From Macrostomum lignano (lineage: Eukaryota), in contig NIVC01001561.1 of the NCBI GenBank assembly GCA_002269645.1, positions 62,001-126,000 on the forward strand: DNA of 64,000 nt, in the 5' to 3' direction. Position 1 is the stretch's first letter; each line of letters opens with the position of its first letter. Below the pieces are notes generated by a model. It worked only from the letters and a program-made list of their open reading frames with translations. It had not been told where the DNA came from and searched no databases. This document shows positions 33,731-64,000 of this stretch, piece by piece. Made by a program: the position numbers and the translations under genes.

Positions 33731-34169
33731 CGAGAATTTTCCACAGCGAGGTTTTCCCGAGGTTTTCCCGAGGTTTAGAACTTGACTAGACTAGACTAGA
33801 TTAGAACTAGACTAGATTAGATTAGAACTAGACTAGACTAGATTAGAACTAGACTAGACTAGATTAGAACTAGACTAGACTAGATTAGAACTAGACTAGA
33901 CTAGATTAGAACTAGACTAGATTAGATTAGAACTATGGGTGGACTAGATTAGAACTACGAGTAGACTAGATTAGATAACTACAAGTAGACTAGATTAGAG
34001 AACTACGAGTAGACTAGATTAGAACTATGAGTAGACTAGATTAGAACTACGAGTAGACTAGATTAGAGAACTATGAGTAGACTAGATTAGCGATTTCAAA
34101 TCCGATTGGATTTTACTTGAAATTCCGACTGGAAACCCCTGCGGGAAAACCTCCTGCGGGAAATTCTCA
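33731..34169. mobile_element. MITE/foldback-like element: ~40-bp imperfect terminal inverted repeats around a CTAGA/TTAGA minisatellite
   Basis: Left CGAGAATTTTCCACAGCGAGGTTTTCCCGAGG versus reverse complement of right TGAGAATTTCCCGCAGGAGGTTTTCCCGCAGG; no TSD recognised. Confidence 0.5.
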
Positions 34170-34739
34170 TAGCCCTTAAAAAACGAAATGCGGAAGGGGA
34201 TTAAACCATGAATTTGTTTACTTAGTGCAATAAAATTTAATGTTCTTATCTATAGACAAATTCACTTCAAAGCGAAGGGGTTTACAATACCCATAATTAC
34301 AGTAGAGCTGGCTGATGGCACCCTGACGCAACGCCTTCGGCGAAATCCTCCCACAGCCAGCGCTGACGCAACTCTTGAGCACCTGCAAGCGCCAATACTG
34401 TACACCGGCACGCACTCATGCACACAGCTCACACCGGGTGTCATAGGAAACCAATGAAAATTCTCACTTAATGTTTGTAAAAATTTTATTTTGAAGCAGT
34501 GTCATCCCTCTTGATCTCGTGAATTTTACCTTTATATTCGCTACGCACTACTCATATAAATCGTGCAAATTAAATTATTATTTTATTGCATACAAAATAT
34601 TTCTATGCGTTATGTGTTAGTAGAACAAATTGAAATATGTTACCAATTAAATATGAATTTTCTAATAGATTGGGTTAATTTGTTACTTCCATGTTGGTGA
34701 CAGAGTGGCACTTGTAAGACAGTAAGAATGACGCGCACA

Positions 34740-35848
34740 ATCAATTCAGTGACACAATCAAGTCAGTGACAATATCAATCAGTGACAATATCAATCAGTG
34801 ACAATATCAAGTCAGTAACACAATCAAGTCAGTGACAATATCAAGTCAGTGACAATATCAAGTCAGTGACACAATCAAGTCAGTGACAATATCAAGTCAG
34901 TGACACAATCAAGTCAGTGACAATATCAATCAGTGACAATATCAAGTCAGTGACACAATCAAGTCAGTGACAATATCAAGTTAGTAAACACAATCAAGTC
35001 AGTGACACAATCAAGTCAGTGACAATATCAAGTCAGTGACAATATCAAGTCAGTGGCAATATCAAGTCAGTGACAATATCAATCAGTGACAATATCAAGT
35101 CAGTGACACAATCAAGTCAGTGACAATATCAAGTTAGTGAACACAATCAAGTCAGTGACACAATCAAGTCAGTGACAATATCAAGTCAGTGACAATATCA
35201 AGTCAGTGACAATATCAAGTCAGTGACAATATCAAGTCAGTGACAATATCAAGTCAGTGACAATATCAATCAGTGACAATATCAAGTCAGTGACACAATC
35301 AAGTCAGTGACAATATCAAGTCAGTGACAATATCAAGTCAGTGACGATATCAAGTCAGTGACAATATCAAGTTAGTAAACACAATCAAGTCAGTGACACA
35401 ATCAAGTCAGTGACACAATCAAGTCAGTGACACAATCAAGTCAGTGACACAATCAAGTCAGTGACAATATCAAGTCAGTGACAATATCAAGTCAGTGACA
35501 ATATCAATCAGTGACACAATCAAGTCAGTGACAATATCAAGTTAGTAAACACAATCAAGTCAGTGACACAACCAAGTCAGTGACAATATCAAATCAGTGA
35601 CAATATCAAGTCAGTGACAATATCAAGTCAGTGACAATATCAAGTTAGTGAACACAATCAAGTCAGTGACAATATCAAGTTAGTAAACACAATTAAGTCA
35701 GTGACACAATCAAGTCAGTGACAATATCAAGTTAGTGAACACAATCAAGTCAGTGACAATATCAAGTCAGTGATAATATCAAGTCAGTGACAATATCAAG
35801 TCAGTGACAATATCAAGTCAGTGACAATATCAAGTCAGTGACACAATC
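34740..35848. repeat. 17-bp minisatellite (TCAAGTCAGTGACAATA)
   Basis: Seen directly. Confidence 0.95.
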
Positions 35849-36127
35849 ATGGCTTGAGAACCGACGCCACTGCTACCTTACCAAAATTAGTGCACTCAGT
35901 TTTAGTTTTCAAGGCGGTAAATCATCCGAGCCCTAGTAAGGCTCAGACTCACTTCTCCTCCCAAATCCGTTCCCCAAACGACAGGCAGTATGAGCAGTCA
36001 AACAAAATCGCAACTCGAGAGTCGAGCTCATTAAAAAGAACAAAAATGATGAACGGTCGGGCATGCAATAAATAATGAGCTGCCGCGACTGCAGTCGGAC
36101 TTGAGTCAACAGATTGGATTGACCAAC

Positions 36128-37248
36128 ATGCCGGATAGCGGCTTGCCCAGGCTGCCCCCGGAGCTGCTAGCGAAGATTTTCCTGCGCCTGACAGCAGTCT
36201 CCGATCTGCTGGCCTGCGCAGCCGCCAGTCGCGAGTTCGAATCCGTGATCGGCTCGGCGCACTTTTTTTTATCCTACGCGCGAAGACGCAGCCTCCTGCG
36301 CCTCATCGATAGCCGGGGCTGGCAGGCGCTCAGCGGGCACAGTCTGGCACAGGGCGGCGCAGGCTTCTGCTGCTCCTGCGGCTTGGACTTCCTGCTGACT
36401 GGCGAGGAGCTGCGAGCGGCCGGAACTGAGGCGGACTGCCGTCAGCTGGTGGACGGCCTGGCTCGAGCGAGGCGACAGGGCTACCTGCACATGGACATCC
36501 GTGGCGTGGAGGTGCTCACCATGGCTGAGGACCCGGGCCTGTTCGCCACTCTGCCTGAGGGGCGCCTGTCACTGGCTGATGCGGCCGGATGTGGTGCGAC
36601 TGTTGAACTCCAGACCGTCTACGCCTGCTGCAGCGTTGGTGAGGCTTGAGACTTGGAGTCTGCGCGTGACACACTGCAACAGATGCAGTGTTTTGTTCTG
36701 TACGATAAATCTGTCGAAATTATTTTTCCTTTTCAGACCCCCTGCTAACCCGCGTGGCCTACAGCATCGTGGCTAATTCAAACCCCGGCGAAACTCAGGC
36801 CGACATCCGACGCTATCGCTGGTTCAGCAACCGAGTAGCGCTGTCTGACTTCCTGAGTTCGTATGCTAACCCAGATGCTGCTGATGGCTCCATCAACGAG
36901 CTCAGTCGGGAAGCTCGTCGTCTACTGGCCGAGTGTCACGCCGTCCAGCTGCTGCTGCTGCCGAACCAACTTCAGCGACACAAACTGGACAAGCTCGTCA
37001 GGCGGGTCATGGCGCCCTTTGCCGCCGTTCCAGGTCGACGACCTCGGCACCCGGTGCCGCTGCTGCTGGCAATAGTCGGCGAATCGAAGTACCAGAGCGG
37101 ATCCGATGCTCGGCATCTGGTGCGACGAGCTGGTCTGGACGACCTTGAAGGCCACGCTTGGCTGGTAGAACAGCCGAACTGCAGAGAGGACTGGACAGCC
37201 ATGCTGCGGTGGCAGCTGGATCACGTGCTGAAAGACATGTTCCTTTAG
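36128..37248 (+). CDS. FBXO4: F-box protein with degenerate small-GTPase-like domain, FBXO4-like, 340 aa; exons 36128-36638, 36737-37248
   Basis: F-box LPRLPPELLAKIFLRL..DLLACAAASREF. C-terminal PLLLA, LVRRAGLDDLEGHAWLVEQ and AMLRWQLDHV parallel the recalled FBXO4 PLLVL, LAHELHLNLLNHPWLVQD and GIEWILEEV. Phase-1 GTGAG...TTTCAG intron. Confidence 0.7.
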
Positions 37249-40211
37249 TCTGCCCGAATCTGTGCTGACTGAGTTCAGGAAGACATGTTCCTTTAGTCTG
37301 CCCGAATCTGTACTGACTGAGTGCAGGAAGACATGTTCCTTTAGTCTGCCCGAATCTGTACTGACTGAGTGCAGGAAGACATGTTCCTTTAGTCTGCCCG
37401 AATCTGTACTGACTGAGTGCAGGAAGACATGTTCCTTTAGTCTGCCCGAATCTGTGCTGACTGAGTGCAGGAAGACATGTTCCTTTAGCCTGCCCGAATC
37501 TGTACTGACTGAGTGCAGGAAGACATGTTCCTTTAGCCTGCCCGAATCTGTGCTGACTGAGTGCAGGAAGACATGTTCCTTTAGTCTGCCCGAATCTGTA
37601 CTGACTGAGTGCAGGAAGACATGTTCCTTTAGCCTGCCCGAATCTGTACTGACTGAGTGCAGGAAGACATGTTCCTTTAGCCCGCCCGAATCTGTGCTGA
37701 CTGAGTGCAGGAAGACATGTTCCTTTAGCCTGCCCGAATCTGTGCTGACTGAGTGCAGGAAGACATGTTCCTTTAGCCTGCCCGAATCTGTACTGACTGA
37801 GTGCAGGAAGACATGTTCCTTTAGCCTGCCCGAATCTGTGCTGACTGAGTGCAGGAAGACATGTTCCTTTAGCCTGCCCGAATCTGTGCTGACTGAGTTC
37901 AGGAAGACATGTTCCTTTAGCCTGCCCGAATCTGTGCTGACTGAGTGCAGGAAGACATGTTCCTTTAGCCTGCCCGAATCTGTGCTGACTGAGTGCAGGA
38001 AGACATGTTCCTTTAGCCTGCCCGAATCTGTGCTGACTGAGTGCAGGAAGACATGTTCCTTTAGCCTGCCCGAATCTGTGCTGACTGAGTGCAGGAAGAC
38101 ATGTTCCTTTAGCCTGCCCGAATCTGTGCTGACTGAGTGCAGGAAGACATGTTCCTTTAGCCTGCCCGAATCTGTGCTGACTGAGTGCAGGAAGACATGT
38201 TCCTTTAGCCTGCCCGAATCTGTGCTGACTGAGTGCAGGAAGACATGTTCCTTTAGCCTGCCCGAATCTGTGCTGACTGAGTGCAGGAAGACATGTTCCT
38301 TTAGCCTGCCCGAATCTGTGCTGACTGAGTGCAGGAAGACATGTTCCTTTAGCCTGCCCGAATCTGTGCTGACTGAGTTCAGGAAGACATGTTCCTTTAG
38401 CCTGCCCGAATCTGTGCTGACTGAGTGCAGGAAGACATGTTCCTTTAGCCTGCCCGAATCTGTGCTGACTGAGTGCAGGAAGACATGTTCCTTTAGCCTG
38501 CCCGAATCTGTGCTGACTGAGTGCAGGAAGACATGTTCCTTTAGCCTGCCCGAATCTGTGCTGACTGAGTGCAGGAAGACATGTTCCTTTAGCCTGCCCG
38601 AATCTGTGCTGACTGAGTGCAGGAAGACATGTTCCTTTAGCCTGCCCGAATCTGTGCTGACTGAGTGCAGGAAGACATGTTCCTTTAGCCTGCCCGAATC
38701 TGTGCTGACTGAGTTCAGGAAGACATGTTCCTTTAGCCCGCCCGAATCTGTGCTGACTGAGTGCAGGAAGACATGTTCTTTTAGCCTGCCCGAATCTGTG
38801 CTGACTGAGTTCAGGAAGACATGTTCCTTTAGCCTGCCCGAATCTGTACTGACTGAGTGCAGGAAGACATGTTCCTTTAGCCTGCCCGAATCTGTACTGA
38901 CTGAGTGCAGGAAGACATGTTCCTTTAGCCTGCCCGAATCTGTGCTGACTGAGTGCAGGAAGACATGTTCCTTTAGCCTGCCCGAATCTGTGCTGACTGA
39001 GTGCAGGAAGACATGTTCCTTTAGCCTGCCCGAATCTGTGCTGACTGAGTGCAGGAAGACATGTTCCTTTAGCCTGCCCGAATCTGTGCTGACTGAGTGC
39101 AGGAAGACATGTTCCTTTAGCCTGCCCGAATCTGTGCTGACTGAGTGCAGGAAGACATGTTCCTTTAGCCTGCCCGAATCTGTGCTGACTGAGTTCAGGA
39201 AGACATGTTCCTTTAGCCGCCCGAATCTGTGCTGACTGAGTGCAGGAAGACATGTTCTTTTAGCCTGCCCGAATCTGTGCTGACTGAGTGCAGGAAGACA
39301 TGTTCCTTTAGCCTGCCCGAATCTGTACTGACTGAGTGCAGGAAGACATGTTCCTTTAGCCTGCCCGAATCTGTACTGACTGAGTGCAGGAAGACATGTT
39401 CCTTTAGCCTGCCCGAATCTGTGCTGACTGAGTGCAGGAAGACATGTTCCTTTAGCCTGCCCGAATCTGTGCTGACTGAGTGCAGGAAGACATGTTCCTT
39501 TAGCCTGCCCGAATCTGTGCTGACTGAGTGCAGGAAGACATGTTCCTTTAGCCTGCCCGAATCTGTGCTGACTGAGTGCAGGAAGACATGTTCCTTTAGC
39601 CTGCCCGAATCTGTGCTGACTGAGTGCAGGAAGACATGTTCCTTTAGCCTGCCCGAATCTGTGCTGACTGAGTGCAGGAAGACATGTTCCTTTAGCCTGC
39701 CCGAATCTGTGCTGACTGAGTGCAGGAAGACATGTTCCTTTAGCCTGCCCGAATCTGTGCTGACTGAGTGCAGGAAGACATGTTCCTTTAGCCTGCCCGA
39801 ATCTGTGCTGACTGAGTGCAGGAAGACATGTTCCTTTAGCCTGCCCGAATCTGTGCTGACTGAGTTCAGGAAGACATGTTCCTTTAGCCCGCCCGAATCT
39901 GTGCTGACTGAGTGCAGGAAGACATGTTCTTTTAGCCTGCCCGAATCTGTGCTGACTGAGTTCAGGAAGACATGTTCCTTTAGCCTGCCCGAATCTGTAC
40001 TGACTGAGTGCAGGAAGACATGTTCCTTTAGCCTGCCCGAATCTGTGCTGACTGAGTGCAGGAAGACATGTTCCTTTAGCCTGCCCGAATCTGTGCTGAC
40101 TGAGTGCAGGAAGACATGTTCCTTTAGTCTGCCTGAATCTGTGCTGACTGAGTGCAGGAAGACATGTTCCTTTAGCCTGCCCGAATCTGTGCTGACTGAG
40201 TGCAGGAAGAC
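37232..40211. repeat. 62 copies of a 48-bp unit (AAGACATGTTCCTTTAGCCTGCCCGAATCTGTGCTGACTGAGTGCAGG), starting in the last codons of the F-box gene
   Basis: The first and last AAGAC are 2975 bp apart, equal to 62x48 minus one 1-bp deletion (~39217). Confidence 0.97.
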
Positions 40212-40923
40212 TCATATAACGTTTTAAAGTACTAAAATAACGATGAATTAATTGTCTTCAGACTACAGTACCAGTTTAATTCAGTCAGCTAAATAATTGA
40301 GCTATTTTTCTTTAAAAAGTGTAGCATGCACTTTCATCACTACTCATTAGGTCTGCCGTAATTGACCAGCAACAGACAGCAAATGATATCAGATATATTT
40401 TAATTGATTGATAGCACATTCAAATTCAGAGATCATTTGGCATTTTTTCACGTACAAAGTCGGTTGCTTCTCAAAACTATAAATAAAGTTTGGAAGTTGG
40501 TCGATAATTTATCGCAGAGAGAAAGAATCAAATGACAATGCGCGCAACACAGGGCACCCTGATAAATGACAGTTTTTGTAAAGAAAAAAAACAAAGGTCA
40601 TTTATGTGTTTTGCTCAGTTTCTGACACGTTGTTTAAAGCGAGCTCGTAGGGCTACGTTTTCTAAAAAGAGAAAGCGATGAAAATTACTAAAAATGTTTA
40701 CACAATTTCAATAAGCTTCCTTACTCATGGAATTACAAGGTCAATAGCTATTATTAACGCGTATGGCAGCACCCTAGGCTCTATCTACAAGCAGGTTAAC
40801 TAGGTGTTAAAATTATACTTAACCAGTTAAAATATTGATAATACTCGGGTTTTCTACTGTCAGTAGACGTCGGGGACATGTACGCAATTTCAATGCTTAT
40901 CTCGAATATTGAGAATTTCAAGC

Positions 40924-62267
<21,344 letters not shown>

Positions 62268-62399
62268 CTTCAGCAGGAACTGGTGAATGTAGGCCGCGGC
62301 TTTCTGGAAATCTGCATGAAAGGAATTGACAGATGAGTGAGATATGCACCCGTCGAGTTTGCGTGTCAATATACATTTTCAACATTTTTCTACTCTTTC

Positions 62400-62594
62400 G
62401 AAAGCATTTCGGGGTCACCAAACACCCTCAATCACCCCAGCTAATGCTGGCACCCATTTTACAGCTGGGTGGACTGAAGCAGTGCAGAGTTAAGTGGCTT
62501 GCTCAAGAACACAAATTGTTCTGAGTGGGTCGAGAATCGAACCCCCGACCTTTCAGTCGTAAGTCCGACGCTCTATCCACTAGGCTACAACCCC
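62400..62594 (-). mobile_element. tRNA-derived SINE with a CORE-like central segment
   Basis: Minus strand: A-box TAGCCTAGTGG, B-box GTTCGATTC and a broken cloverleaf, then GTGTTCTTGAGCAAGCCACTTAAC...GTCCACCCAGCTGTAAAATGGGTGCC, which resembles recalled SINE central domains. Confidence 0.7.
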
Positions 62595-64000
62595 CACTTA
62601 GGCAACCCCCCAACTTACAAGTTGGAACTTAGGAGTCAGTCTTAAGACGCAGTTCGTAAAACACCCCCCCTGGGCAAGCATGCCACATCTCCGTTCTATC
62701 TTGATGGATTCAAATGTAATTTGTGTATTAATCTTTGCACAAGCGTATGTGTTCCTTCGGTGACTATGGAGAAGAAAGTACGACAGACACTGAAGAAACA
62801 GATCCAGATCGTATTTAATCTGCAGATATTTTGAGGCAAAGGGTAGACAGAGAGCCCCATCGGCAATGGACACATAATTAGAACAGGTAAATATAATACT
62901 ATTTTATACCGCTATTTCAGTTTTTAACATGAAAGAAGTGGATATTAACTTTAACTGGCAGGAAACCTATAACAAGAAAAATGTGTAAGAGACGCTATAA
63001 AGACTTGGCGTGGTCTCCGATAACCAATTAGATGAAAAAATCAATTCAGCCGCTCTATCACTAAATATGCGGGTCTCCATCATCGGTGAAAACAACAGGG
63101 TCGATATCGTCTTTAAAATTACTTCGACCGAAATTCTCGGCAGCGTATTCATTGAAACTGTCTTTTTAATGTTCCATTTCGAGAATTCTCGCTTCTGATT
63201 TAGTTCCTAGGCCTTGTTTTGTATCCTCAGGCATGGACTTCCATACTTGTATCAATCAACCATAATTAATCAACCATATTGTACATGTCTAACTTGCATT
63301 TACAAATGCGTATACTTCTGGGACTTCAGAACTTAAATTTAAAGAATAGGCGTTTATTTCAACTTTTAATGGAAATAAAAGGTAGTTTTATATATATTAA
63401 ACTGATTTCTCTGCTCGCAGAATTCAGAAAAATGGCTAAAAGCATCTTAAAAAGTATGGTCTTGTTCCTGCCCCTACCATTTATTTGAAACAATATTTGG
63501 TTTAATGTAGGCAGTAGCCGCAGTACCATGCAGTCTGTCGACTGCAATCTGTCGACTGCAATAAAATAAAATTGGTTTATCGATTAATCTATTATTAGCC
63601 TATCTACAAACTGTTAATCTATGAATGCCTCTGTCAGTGTGCAAGCTCTTGAGATTGTACTTTTGGAACAAAATCCCAGAGATACAACAAAAGCCGGAGC
63701 AAGTTCCCATCTAGAGGCTTTGCATAATTCGAAATTTTAGTTTCCCTAAAGAGCAAGTGAAGGTTTTTATTCACTTAATAAAAAATTGTCTTTACTTAAA
63801 TGTGTGTTTTCGTAGAAAAATCTCAACGAAACAAAGAACATATTTAGCTGACAGAAGATAGAGAAATTACCTTTTCTTTTAACAGTCATGCTTCCGAAAT
63901 AAACAGTTCAAAATGAGATTTATAATTTTGCTTTTGTAGTTTAACTGCTCAGTCATACAAAATGGAAACCAACAATCAATATTTAAAGGGTAAACTCCAT

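Noticed and set aside
34218-34444. Short Cys-rich minus-strand ORFs
   Set aside because: No splice context, signal peptide or family motif was found.
37232-40211. CRISPR-like appearance of regular repeats (also other arrays)
   Set aside because: The units are contiguous with no unique spacers, there are no cas genes, and the context is eukaryotic.
36922-40227. Very long ORFs (1097, 748, 657 and 332 aa) over the 48-bp array
   Set aside because: They are translations of a stop-poor 16-codon repeat, open on both strands, with no protein features.
62522-62594. Functional tRNA gene
   Set aside because: The acceptor, anticodon and T stems do not pair properly, and it runs into SINE-like body sequence.

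Overview
Eukaryotic (metazoan) genomic DNA, not prokaryotic. GC-rich exons are separated by introns largely filled with micro- and minisatellites. That style suggests a free-living flatworm such as Macrostomum (inference only). Genes rebuilt by hand from GT-AG junctions with consistent phases: a HUNK-like kinase (+, 6 exons); a Ly6/quiver-like GPI-anchored protein (+, 3 exons); an orphan 440-aa gene (+, 2 exons); a small amidated-neuropeptide prohormone (+, 3 exons); an NTPDase/apyrase (+, 3 exons, with three 1-bp deletions); an FBXO4-like gene (+, 2 exons); a 9-ankyrin-repeat gene (-, 12 coding exons over about 21 kb); and a peptide-type GPCR nested antisense in one ankyrin-gene intron. A full-length, intact Loa-type LINE (18830-24640, 12-bp TSD) carries a candidate HDV-like ribozyme in its 5' UTR. 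There is also a tRNA-derived SINE and two foldback/MITE-like structures. Most long ORFs in the supplied track are tandem-repeat artefacts. Most interesting: the LINE ribozyme candidate, the hidden neuropeptide precursor, and minisatellites that appear seeded from splice sites or a stop codon. All family assignments come from recalled motifs; no database search was run.
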